From: a virus
DNA length: 35,424 bases
Direction: 5' to 3' (one strand)
Virus genome (UHGV): UHGV-0155082
In this document: piece after piece, positions 18,161-26,501 of the stretch
How the letters are laid out: every line of letters starts with the position of its first letter
Numbering within the stretch: the stretch's first letter is position 1
The notes under the pieces: model-generated
The model's input: the letters and a program-made list of their open reading frames with translations, nothing else
Databases searched by the model: none
Told to the model about the DNA's origin: nothing
Translations under genes and position numbers: made by a program

Positions 18161-18538
18161 ATGAAAAAGAAATTAATCAGCGGGCTGTTTCTGATGTTAT
18201 GGATGGGGCTGTTGATCGCAACAATGATGTATCCGCAGGGGATTTTTCCGGTACTGGCAGCATCCGGCGTTTGGGTAGCCTGTCTGCTGACATGGGCAGT
18301 AATTCCGGTAGCACTGGCTGCGTTAATTAAGAACGGCCCGCTCTGGCAGGAGTTGAGGGCATCTTTGCTGAAGAGCATTACCCGAAAAGAAAACGTATTT
18401 ATCAGCTGGATGATGCGATTGCTGATTGTCGTCAGTCTCGCCTGGACGGGGTGGGCTATTACCCTGGTCTTTTATCTGCTGACCGTTATTGCCTTCTGGA
18501 TCACTCGTAATCAGATGGCGCAACAGGTAGCAGCATGA
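18161..18538 (+). CDS. LysA-like membrane protein (lysis timing accessory)
   Basis: ATG at 18161 preceded by GGGAG. About 125 aa with four hydrophobic segments. Position as P2 lysA. Confidence 0.45.
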   Translation: MKKKLISGLFLMLWMGLLIATMMYPQGIFPVLAASGVWVACLLTWAVIPVALAALIKNGPLWQELRASLLKSITRKENVFISWMMRLLIVVSLAWTGWAITLVFYLLTVIAFWITRNQMAQQVAA

Positions 18539-18963
18539 ACCGGTTGCTGCTGGTTGTGCTGGCGTTATTACTGGCGGCGCTGGGCTGGCAGACGTGGCGG
18601 CTGGCTGATGCCAGCCAGACCATCAGCACACAGGCAGACGAGCTGCAGAGCAAAAGCCAGGCACTGGCAAAGAGCAACAGCCAGCTTATCAGCCTGTCCA
18701 TTCTGACAGAAACCAACAACCGGGAGCAGGCGCGACTCTATGCCGACGCAGAACAGACCAGCGCACTACTGAGACAACGACAACACCGGATTGAGGAACT
18801 GAAACGTGAGAACGAGGATTTACGCCGCTGGGCTGATACTCCTTTGCCTGCTGACATTATCCGGCTGCGGGAACGCCCGACACTCACCGGAGGTGCAGCT
18901 TACCGTCAGTGGTTGTCCGCGAGTGACGCCGTGTCGGCTGGGGCAGGCAGCGCCGCGCACTAA
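18535..18963 (+). CDS. LysB, Rz-like inner-membrane spanin
   Basis: 142 aa. N-terminal TM LLLVVLALLLAALGW followed by a coiled-coil-like region rich in Q/E/L/R. Contains an embedded +1-frame lipoprotein gene. Confidence 0.6.
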   Translation: MNRLLLVVLALLLAALGWQTWRLADASQTISTQADELQSKSQALAKSNSQLISLSILTETNNREQARLYADAEQTSALLRQRQHRIEELKRENEDLRRWADTPLPADIIRLRERPTLTGGAAYRQWLSASDAVSAGAGSAAH

Positions 18964-19093
18964 CGGTGACCTGAACGCGTTGCTGGATGAAACGGAGGCC
19001 GCCTGGGCGGTCTGTGCAGACAAAGTGGACATGATTATTGCGTGTCAGGAGCGAAACAGTGAACAAACCACAATCCCTGCGCCACGCCCTTAA
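18806..19093 (+). CDS. LysC, Rz1-like outer-membrane lipoprotein spanin, embedded in/overlapping lysB
   Basis: 95 aa. Signal peptide with lipobox LTLSGC (Cys at about residue 20). Starts inside lysB in another frame and extends into the start of R. Confidence 0.6.
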   Translation: MRTRIYAAGLILLCLLTLSGCGNARHSPEVQLTVSGCPRVTPCRLGQAAPRTNGDLNALLDETEAAWAVCADKVDMIIACQERNSEQTTIPAPRP

Positions 19094-19490
19094 TAAAGCA
19101 GTGCCTTATGTCCGTAATAACCCGGACAAACTGCATCTGTTTGTGGATAACGGTTCGCTGGTTGCCACGGGGGCCAGCTCCATGTCATGGGAGTACCGCT
19201 ACACCCTGAACGTGGTGATAGAGGATTTCAGCGGCGACCAGAATCTGCTGATGGCTCCTGTGCTGCTGTGGCTAAGTGACAACCAGCCGGATGCCATCAA
19301 TAACCCGGATCTGCGTGAAAAACTGTTCACCTTTGAAGTGGATATTCTGCGCAACGATATTTGCGATATCAACCTGAACCTGCAACTGACGGAGCGCGTG
19401 CTGGTCAGTACTGACGGCGGTATATCAACGGTCGAGGCAGAGCCGGAACCTGTCGAGCCAGAAGTAATATGGACGGTGAAACGTGGATAA
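19059..19490 (+). CDS. R: Tail completion protein R (P2 gpR-like)
   Basis: GTG at 19059 preceded by AGGAGCGA; the six-frame ORF begins at 19038. Motif LHLFVDNGSL resembles the gpR N-terminal region. Start coordinate uncertain. Confidence 0.65.
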   Translation: MNKPQSLRHALNKAVPYVRNNPDKLHLFVDNGSLVATGASSMSWEYRYTLNVVIEDFSGDQNLLMAPVLLWLSDNQPDAINNPDLREKLFTFEVDILRNDICDINLNLQLTERVLVSTDGGISTVEAEPEPVEPEVIWTVKRG

Positions 19491-19926
19491 TCTGCACAAG
19501 GTGGACGAGTGGCTGGCGGCGTTGCTGGCGAATCTGGAACCTGCAGCACGTCAGCGAATGATGAAGGAGGTGGCGCAGGAATTGCGCCGGAATCAGCAGC
19601 AGAACATCAGGCTGCAGCGTAATCCTGACGGCAGCGGCTATGAGCCGCGCCGGGTGACAGCCCGCAGCAAGAAGGGGCGCATCAAACGCCAGATGTTTGC
19701 AAAGCTTCGCACGGCGAAATACCTGAAAACATCAGCTAGCGCGGACTCTGCCAGCGTGGAGTTTGCCGGGCAGGTGCAGCGTATTGCTCGCGTTCACCAT
19801 TACGGCTTACGTGAAAAAGTTAATAATTCAAGGAGGAGTATTAAGTACCCTAAGCGAAATTTACTCGGATTCAATTCTAAGTTTGAGGTAGAAGCGGTTT
19901 TATTGAATTTTTTATTGAAACAATGA
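19483..19926 (+). CDS. S: Tail completion/virion morphogenesis protein S (P2 gpS-like), with an AT-rich, apparently replaced 3' end
   Basis: 147 aa, GTG start overlapping the R stop. The last roughly 40 codons (…REKVNNSRRSIKYPKRNLLGFNSKFEVEAVLLNFLLKQ) switch abruptly to AT-rich codons. Confidence 0.65.
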   Translation: MDNLHKVDEWLAALLANLEPAARQRMMKEVAQELRRNQQQNIRLQRNPDGSGYEPRRVTARSKKGRIKRQMFAKLRTAKYLKTSASADSASVEFAGQVQRIARVHHYGLREKVNNSRRSIKYPKRNLLGFNSKFEVEAVLLNFLLKQ

Positions 19927-19973
19927 GTGCTGAAAGTTATATTGTTGCTTTTATTTGACTGCTTAGGTGTCAA

Positions 19974-21089
19974 GTGTTAGCAAATAATCAAATAATTGAT
20001 GTGCCCGCAGCTGGAAGCTTTAATTTTATTACCGGAGATAATGGGACCGGTAAAACAAGGTTTTTGACAATTCTGGCCAATTCGGTTTTAAATGATTTGA
20101 TTTCGAGTAGTAGTGAATATGATAAATTAATTTGCCTGACTGGTACTGTTTATGAGAAATTCCCTAGGCCATTAAAAAAGAAAGATTATAAAAGTGAGAA
20201 ATACGATAGAGTATATTCTTATTTTGGCGGCAGGGTGAACAATAACGTTTTCTCAGGTCTCTCGCCTTTTAGAGTTATAATGAAATGCTATTGTGGGTTT
20301 GAAATAAATCCTGGTTCTTTTGAGTTGGCAGATAAATTATTAAATGATCTTGGATTTAGTTCTACGGTGGAATGTAAGTTTAGAAATGAAAAGTCTAAGT
20401 TGGAGAATAGACGCTCTATAATCAACAATGAGGATGTAACTGTAGATTTATCTAAGTCTCCGTCACAACTGACTAACATGAAAAGGCAAAGCATTGCTAA
20501 TGATGATTTGTTCTTATTAAATATAAATTTTGTTAAGCTTTCTGATAAAAAATCATATGGCATACGAGATCTGAGTTCTGGTGAACGAAGTTTTATAATA
20601 ACAATATTGTCACTTGTGTTTAGTTTGAGAGAGCGAACCCTCATTTTATTTGATGAGCCAGAGAACTCAATGCACCCTAAATGGCAGGAGAAAATAATAT
20701 CAACAATTAAGTATATTGTTGATATGCTATCACCTGAATCAACTGTAATAATTGCAACTCATTCCCCATTGGTTGTTTCATGTGTGACAAATAATAATAC
20801 ATTTACATTGAATTTGCCTGGTGAGCACATATGGAAAGCTTCATATTATGCTGGTAATAACGCTGATTCAGTGTTAAAGGAACAGTTTGGGGTGATCTCG
20901 CCAAGATCTGAAGAATTTCAGATTGCTATGCAAAAATGTTTGACTTCATTTAGTTTGAATGAAGAAGGTGGTTCTTTCTTGCAGGATATGGAGCGATTGT
21001 TTGGGATGAAAATATCCTTAAATAAGGATGACCCACTTTATGATGCTTATGAGACACTTACGGATTTTTATCTGGAGAGGAAACTATGA
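19974..21089 (+). CDS. ABC-type/AAA_21-like ATPase, Septu PtuA-like candidate defence ATPase
   Basis: 371 aa, AT-rich. Walker A GDNGTGKTR (residues about 21-29), signature-like LSSGERS, Walker B LILFDEPE, H-loop-like ATHSPLV. GTG start with AGGTG upstream. Stop overlaps the start of the HNH gene (ATGA). Confidence 0.75.
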   Translation: MLANNQIIDVPAAGSFNFITGDNGTGKTRFLTILANSVLNDLISSSSEYDKLICLTGTVYEKFPRPLKKKDYKSEKYDRVYSYFGGRVNNNVFSGLSPFRVIMKCYCGFEINPGSFELADKLLNDLGFSSTVECKFRNEKSKLENRRSIINNEDVTVDLSKSPSQLTNMKRQSIANDDLFLLNINFVKLSDKKSYGIRDLSSGERSFIITILSLVFSLRERTLILFDEPENSMHPKWQEKIISTIKYIVDMLSPESTVIIATHSPLVVSCVTNNNTFTLNLPGEHIWKASYYAGNNADSVLKEQFGVISPRSEEFQIAMQKCLTSFSLNEEGGSFLQDMERLFGMKISLNKDDPLYDAYETLTDFYLERKL

Positions 21090-21775
21090 GCTTGGGTCCG
21101 GGGAAGCTAAGTCCGGTGCATAGGGTTTTTATAAACAGAAGGGAAGCTAGACTGTTGATAGCTGAATTTCTTTCTGGAACAATTCTTTGGTCTGATCCAA
21201 AGTTATCTGCGCTAAAGAATAATATAAGGCTCTCTTTACGAGAGCAGCAATGTGGGCGTTGTGTTTTTTGTCGGAGAATAATAAAAGAGGAGCGCAGAAA
21301 CACTACTGAAGATATTGAGCACTTTCTGGATAAATCCAAAGGGTACTATAAGAAATGGGCCTTTCATCCTATGAATTTATCTATAGCATGTCACTCATGC
21401 AACTTTGTTAAAAGTACGAAGCAAATGGGAGATGTTAATATTCAGCGCGCGCAGTATCTAGTGCCTGGTATTGGTGTGTTTAGGTGGTTGCATCCATATT
21501 TTGACGACTATCATGAAAATATCTCAATAGAGAAGGGTTGGGTATATCGTATTGTTGATGGAGCGCCAAATCATAATGGAGCAGAAAATTTAATTAGAGA
21601 ATGTGAGTTGTCGGGAATAGCTAATATAGAACGCAATGCTGAGAATTATAAATTGACCTGTCAAAGGCTATTAAAGTTAGCAATTGCTTGTGCCGAAAAA
21701 GGTCGAATTACACGAATGAAAAAATTGCAGTTGTCTTTGCAGAAATTAATGGAATCGAAACAATTTGACTTTTAG
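21086..21775 (+). CDS. HNH endonuclease, Septu PtuB-like candidate defence nuclease
   Basis: 229 aa. CGRCVFC ... EDIEHFLDKSKGYYKKWAFHPMNLSIACHSCN gives an H...N...H core flanked by C-x2-C pairs (zinc-finger HNH). Translationally coupled to the upstream ATPase. Confidence 0.8.
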   Translation: MSLGPGKLSPVHRVFINRREARLLIAEFLSGTILWSDPKLSALKNNIRLSLREQQCGRCVFCRRIIKEERRNTTEDIEHFLDKSKGYYKKWAFHPMNLSIACHSCNFVKSTKQMGDVNIQRAQYLVPGIGVFRWLHPYFDDYHENISIEKGWVYRIVDGAPNHNGAENLIRECELSGIANIERNAENYKLTCQRLLKLAIACAEKGRITRMKKLQLSLQKLMESKQFDF

Positions 21776-21785
21776 TAGGATTTAA

Positions 21786-21828
21786 AGGAGCAAGATCGAA
21801 TTGCTACTTTGCTCCTCTTGCCCTTTTT
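21786..21828 (+). terminator. Probable terminator after the ATPase-HNH cassette
   Basis: Stem aggagcaa / ttgctcct (21786..21816) followed by cccTTTTT. Confidence 0.45.
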
Positions 21829-21861
21829 AAGTATCAAAATGACTGCTGCTTGAAATCAAAT

Positions 21862-21879
21862 TGTATTGTGAATGATACA
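21862..21879. promoter_or_regulatory. Ogr/Delta-type activator site (TGT-N12-ACA) of the V late promoter
   Basis: TGTattgtgaatgatACA, immediately upstream of the V gene start region and downstream of the inserted cassette. Confidence 0.55.
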
Positions 21880-21926
21880 ATTTGGTACTCATGCAAATTC
21901 CATCTAGTGCATGTAATCATAACCTG

Positions 21927-22505
21927 ATGAATGCACAACTTACAGAAATCATGCGTCTTATCACCAACCTGATCCGCACCGGCACCGTGACCGAAGTGGA
22001 CCGGGAAAACTGGCTTTGCCGGGTGAAAACAGGCGACCTCGAAACCAACTGGATTAACTGGCTGACGCTGCGCGCGGGCAAATCGCGCACCTGGTGGAAA
22101 CCGTCTGTGGGCGAGCAGGTTGTGCTATTCAGCCTGGGCGGCAATCTGGAAACCGCGTTTGCCCTGCCTGCTGTCTACTCAAATCAGTTTCCGCCACCTT
22201 CAGACTCTGAGGACGGCAACGTGGTTGAGTACCCGGACGGCGGCAGGTTTGAGTACGAACCCGCCACCGGGCGATGGTACGTCCGGGGTATCAAGTCCAT
22301 GGTGATCGAGGCGGCAGACAATATCACCCTCAAAACAGGTCAGTTTGTGGTGGAGGCTGACACCACACGCATTAACAGCGAGGTGGTGATCAACGGCGGC
22401 GTCACCCAGGGCGGAGGCGCGATGAGTTCCAACGGAGTCGTGGTTGACGACCATGAGCATACTGGCGTTCTGAAAGGCGGTGATAACACAGGAGGCCCGG
22501 TATGA
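21927..22505 (+). CDS. V: Baseplate spike/assembly protein V (P2 gpV-like)
   Basis: IMRLITNLIRTGTVTEVD...WINWLTLRAGKSRTWWKPSVGEQVVLF is characteristic of gpV. Start uncertain: the six-frame ORF begins at 21882, with in-frame ATGs at 21891, 21927 and 21951. Confidence 0.8.
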   Translation: MNAQLTEIMRLITNLIRTGTVTEVDRENWLCRVKTGDLETNWINWLTLRAGKSRTWWKPSVGEQVVLFSLGGNLETAFALPAVYSNQFPPPSDSEDGNVVEYPDGGRFEYEPATGRWYVRGIKSMVIEAADNITLKTGQFVVEADTTRINSEVVINGGVTQGGGAMSSNGVVVDDHEHTGVLKGGDNTGGPV

Positions 22506-22861
22506 CGCTGTATATCGGTATGAGTCAGAGCAACGGTAAAGCCATCACGGATACCGACCATCTGCGCCAGTCGGTGCGTGACATTCTGCTGACCCCGCAG
22601 GGTAGCCGCGTTGCCCGGCGGGAATACGGTTCGCTGTTATCCGTCCTGATTGACCAGCCGCAGAACCCGGCGCTGCGCCTGCAGGTAATGTCTGCAGTCT
22701 ACGTGGCGCTGAGCCGCTGGGAGCCACGGCTGACGCTGGATTCCATCACCATCAACAGCAATTTTGACGGTTCTATGGTGGTGGAGCTGGCCGGGAGGCG
22801 GAATAACGGTGTGCCTGTTTCCCTTTCCGTATCAACAGGAGCAGAGAATGGCAGTGATTGA
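22502..22861 (+). CDS. W: Baseplate wedge protein W (gp25/GPW-like)
   Basis: 119 aa. Start overlaps the V stop. LRQSVRDILLTPQGSRVARREYGS is typical of the GPW/gp25 family. Confidence 0.8.
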   Translation: MTLYIGMSQSNGKAITDTDHLRQSVRDILLTPQGSRVARREYGSLLSVLIDQPQNPALRLQVMSAVYVALSRWEPRLTLDSITINSNFDGSMVVELAGRRNNGVPVSLSVSTGAENGSD

Positions 22862-23756
22862 CCTTTCGCAGTTGCCTGCGCCGCAGATTGTGGATGTGCC
22901 GGACTTTGAGACGCTGCTTGCCGAACGCAAGGCAGAATTTGTGGCGCTTCATTCGAAAGATGAGCAGGAAGCAGTAATGCGTACGCTGGAGCTTGAATCT
23001 GAACCCGTCACTAAATTGTTGCAGGAGAACGCTTACCGTGAATTGCTTCTGCGTCAGCGCATTAACGAAGCCGCGCAGGCGGTGATGGTGGCTTACGCGA
23101 TGGGCGGAGACCTTGACCAAATTGCTGCCAACTACAACGTGAAACGCCTGACGGTGACACCTGCTGATGATGACGCTGTACCGCCTGTTGCGGCTGTGAT
23201 GGAAAGTGATGAAGCGTTACGCCTGCGTGTGCCTGCAGCCTTTGAAGGACTTTCAGTTGCGGGGCCAACTGCAGCTTATGAATTTCATGCCCGAAGCGCC
23301 GACGGTCGGGTGGCGGATGCCAGTGCAACCAGCCCGGCACCTGCAGAGGTGGTGCTGACTGTCCTGAGTCGCGAAGGCGACGGAACTGCAGAAAAAGACT
23401 TACTGGACGTGGTGGAGAAAGCCCTGAACAGTGAGAACGTCCGCCCGGTGGCTGACCGTCTGACGGTTCGCAGCGCAGAAATCATCCCGTACCGGGTGGA
23501 TGCCACCATTTTTCTCTATCCGGGACCGGAAGCAGAGCCGGTAATGGCAGCGGCAAAAGCCAGCCTGCAGAAGTACATCGCCAGTCAGACGAGGCTTGGT
23601 CGGGATATTCGCCGTAGTGCCATCTTTGCCGCCCTGCATGTTGAGGGAGTGCAGCGTGTGGAACTGGCTTCGCCGCTGGCGGATGTGGTCCTGAACAAAA
23701 CACAGGCGGCATCATGTACGCAGTGGAGCGTAACCAACGGAGGAACGGATGAATAG
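22848..23756 (+). CDS. J: Baseplate protein J (P2 gpJ-like)
   Basis: ATG at 22848 preceded by AGGAGCAGAGA; the six-frame ORF begins at 22764. 302 aa, the length of P2 gpJ. Synteny W-J-I. Confidence 0.85.
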   Translation: MAVIDLSQLPAPQIVDVPDFETLLAERKAEFVALHSKDEQEAVMRTLELESEPVTKLLQENAYRELLLRQRINEAAQAVMVAYAMGGDLDQIAANYNVKRLTVTPADDDAVPPVAAVMESDEALRLRVPAAFEGLSVAGPTAAYEFHARSADGRVADASATSPAPAEVVLTVLSREGDGTAEKDLLDVVEKALNSENVRPVADRLTVRSAEIIPYRVDATIFLYPGPEAEPVMAAAKASLQKYIASQTRLGRDIRRSAIFAALHVEGVQRVELASPLADVVLNKTQAASCTQWSVTNGGTDE

Positions 23757-24354
23757 TCTGCTGCCACCGGGTTCAACTTCACTGGAGCGACGACTGGCGC
23801 AAACCTGCAGCGGGATTTCTGATCTGCAGGTGCCGCTGCGTGACTTGTGGAATCCGGCAACCTGTCCGGTCAGTTTCCTGCCTTATCTCGCCTGGGCGTT
23901 CTCTGTGGATCGCTGGGATGAGGGCTGGACAGAAAGCGTTAAGCGCCAGGTGGTGAAGGATGCTTTTTATATTCATCAGCATAAAGGGACCACCAGTGCC
24001 GTGCGGCGGGTGGTGGAGCCGTTCGGCTTTCTGATCCGCATTATTGAGTGGTGGCAGACCGGAGAGGCACCGGGCACGTTTCGTCTGGATATCGGCGTGC
24101 AGGACCAGGGCATCACTGAAGATACCTATCTGGAACTTGAGCGACTGATAAGCGATGCCAAACCATGTAGCCGTCACATGATCGGCATGTCCATCAACCT
24201 GCAGACCAGCGGCCAGCATTGGGTGGGAGCCGCCAGCTATCTTGGCGAAGAAATCACGATCTATCCGTATATCAACGAAACAATTATTTCCGGCGGCACC
24301 GCGCATGAAGGCGGGGCGGTCCATGTTATTGACACAATGAGAGTGAATCCATGA
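23749..24354 (+). CDS. I: Baseplate/tail protein I (P2 gpI-like)
   Basis: 201 aa. Start overlaps the J stop. Directly upstream of the tail fibre gene. Confidence 0.75.
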   Translation: MNSLLPPGSTSLERRLAQTCSGISDLQVPLRDLWNPATCPVSFLPYLAWAFSVDRWDEGWTESVKRQVVKDAFYIHQHKGTTSAVRRVVEPFGFLIRIIEWWQTGEAPGTFRLDIGVQDQGITEDTYLELERLISDAKPCSRHMIGMSINLQTSGQHWVGAASYLGEEITIYPYINETIISGGTAHEGGAVHVIDTMRVNP

Positions 24355-25778
24355 GCACAAAATTTTATACCCTGCTGACGGATATTGGCGCGGCGAAACT
24401 TGCCAGCGCCGCCGCGCTCGGTGTGCCGCTAAAAATTACCCATATGGCGGTGGGCGATGGCGGCGGAGCATTGCCGACGCCGGACGCAAAGCAGACTGCA
24501 CTGGTAAATGAGAAACGCCGGGCTGCGCTGAATATGCTCTATATCGACCCGCAGAACAGCAGCCAGATTATTGCTGAACAGGTGATCCCTGAAAACGAGG
24601 GCGGTTGGTGGATACGTGAAGTGGGCCTGTTTGATGAGTCAGGGGCATTGATTGCCGTGGGCAACTGCCCGGAAAGCTATAAACCGCAACTGGCTGAAGG
24701 CAGCGGGCGTACCCAGACCGTACGGATGGTGCTGATTACCAGCAGTACCGATAATATCACACTGAAAATTGACCCTTCAGTGGTGCTGGCAACCCGCAAG
24801 TATGTGGATGACAAGGTGCTTGAGCTTAAGGTGTATGTGGATGACCTGATGGCAAAGCATCTTGCTGCTGCAGATCCTCATACGCAGTATGCGCCCAAAG
24901 ACAGCCCAACATTGACTGGCACGCCGAAAACGCCAACAGCACCGGCGGGAACTAACACGACTCAGATTGCTAGCACGGCATTTGTGCAGGCGGTGGTCAC
25001 TGCGCTAAATAACGCACTGGCGTTGAAAGCTCCACTGGCAAGTCCGGCCTTGACCGGAACGCCGACGGCTCCGACTGCAGCGCAGACGGCGAACAATACG
25101 CAGATTGCCACCACGGCATTTGTGAAAGCGGCAGTTGCCGAGATGGTCGGTTCATCGCCGGAGGCGCTGGATACGTTAAATGAATTGGCTGCTGCGCTGG
25201 GGAATGATCCTAACTTTGCGACAACAGTAATGAGTGCGCTGGCGGGAAAAATGAACAAAGCAGCTAATGGCGCTGATATTGCCGATGTTTCTGCTTTTCT
25301 AAAAAACCTTCATCTTGGGGAGGGCAGTGCGTTGCCAGTCGGTGTTCCTGTTCCGTGGCCTACTGCAATACCGCCGGAAGGTTGGTTGAAGTGTAATGGA
25401 GCATCATTCAGTTCCTCGCAATATCCGAAACTGGCGCAGGTTTATCCGTCATTAAAATTACCAGATCTACGCAGTGAGTTTATTCGCGGCTGGGACGATG
25501 GGCGTGGCGTAGACGCTGGACGTCAGGTTCTAACGTCTCAGACTGATGCTATGCAGCCGATTATCGGCTCCATTGGCTATGGTACAAACGGTATGTTTAC
25601 TTATGCTGATGGAGCTTTTACGGGTATAGATCGTGAAAGCGGAGACGGTATTGTTACACAGGCAACAAGCATCTCACAATATAAACAGGCTCACTTAGAT
25701 TCAAGTACGATAACACGAACAGCGGCAGAAACACGTCCACGGAATATTTCATTTAATTACATTGTGAGAGCAGCATAA
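24351..25778 (+). CDS. H: Tail fibre protein H
   Basis: 475 aa. Conserved N-terminus MSTKFYTLLTDIGAAKLASAAALGVPLKITHMAVGDGGG. Thr/Ala/Pro-rich repeats in the shaft. C-terminal motif PWP...GWLKCNG...YPKLA...LPDLRSEFIRGWDDGRGVD typical of fibre receptor-binding regions. Confidence 0.85.
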   Translation: MSTKFYTLLTDIGAAKLASAAALGVPLKITHMAVGDGGGALPTPDAKQTALVNEKRRAALNMLYIDPQNSSQIIAEQVIPENEGGWWIREVGLFDESGALIAVGNCPESYKPQLAEGSGRTQTVRMVLITSSTDNITLKIDPSVVLATRKYVDDKVLELKVYVDDLMAKHLAAADPHTQYAPKDSPTLTGTPKTPTAPAGTNTTQIASTAFVQAVVTALNNALALKAPLASPALTGTPTAPTAAQTANNTQIATTAFVKAAVAEMVGSSPEALDTLNELAAALGNDPNFATTVMSALAGKMNKAANGADIADVSAFLKNLHLGEGSALPVGVPVPWPTAIPPEGWLKCNGASFSSSQYPKLAQVYPSLKLPDLRSEFIRGWDDGRGVDAGRQVLTSQTDAMQPIIGSIGYGTNGMFTYADGAFTGIDRESGDGIVTQATSISQYKQAHLDSSTITRTAAETRPRNISFNYIVRAA

Positions 25779-26374
25779 TGACAGAAGCGAAACTAAATAA
25801 TGAGTTTATAGCTGTGGAATCTGGCAATATAACGGTGTTTAACTTTGATATTGAAACTCGTGAATATCTTTCTTCTAGTGTTGAATTTCTTGCTGTAGGG
25901 GTTGGGATTCCTGCTAATTCATGCATTGATATGCCGGGTAAAAGTAAAAAAGGGTTAACCATTTGCCGGACTAAGGATCTTACCGCGTGGGAATATATTG
26001 CTGATCATCGAGGTGAGACTGTTTACAGCACCGAAACTGGCAAAAAAATAGCTGTAACAGTGCTCGGCGATTACCCAGAAAAAACTACGAAACTACCTCC
26101 TGCTACACCATACGATAAGTGGAACGGTAGTGCATGGGTGACAGATACCGAGATGCAGCACGAGGTTGACGTGGAAACTGCTGATCAGAAGAAAGCGGAG
26201 CTTCTGGCAAAGGCTCAGCTAACAATCAATCTATGGCAGACAGAACTACAATTAGGAATTATCAGTGATGAAGATAAAGTCAGACTAATCACCTGGATGA
26301 ATTACATCAAAGCGGTGCAGTTGGTAGACACGTCAACTGCGCCAGATATAACGTGGCCGAGGAAGCCCGAGTGA
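25778..26374 (+). CDS. G: Tail fibre assembly chaperone (P2 gpG/Tfa-like)
   Basis: 198 aa. Start overlaps the H stop (TAATG). Position and size as P2 gpG. Confidence 0.7.
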   Translation: MTEAKLNNEFIAVESGNITVFNFDIETREYLSSSVEFLAVGVGIPANSCIDMPGKSKKGLTICRTKDLTAWEYIADHRGETVYSTETGKKIAVTVLGDYPEKTTKLPPATPYDKWNGSAWVTDTEMQHEVDVETADQKKAELLAKAQLTINLWQTELQLGIISDEDKVRLITWMNYIKAVQLVDTSTAPDITWPRKPE

Positions 26375-26501
26375 CTGAGAATTAAATGGTTAGTATCATC
26401 CTCCCCCACACTGCCTATATGGTATGAATACGAGGGGGAGGCTGTTTGTTGTCTGTTTCTGTGATAATATTAGATTCTCGTTTTTTAATAAAAAAATCAA
26501 T

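Noticed and set aside
19974-21089. Considered whether the ATPase is a P2 Old-type protein
   Set aside because: Old is a single roughly 590-aa ATPase fused to a TOPRIM nuclease. Here the ATPase is 371 aa with no TOPRIM-like acidic motifs, and the nuclease is a separate HNH protein, which fits a Septu-like pair better.
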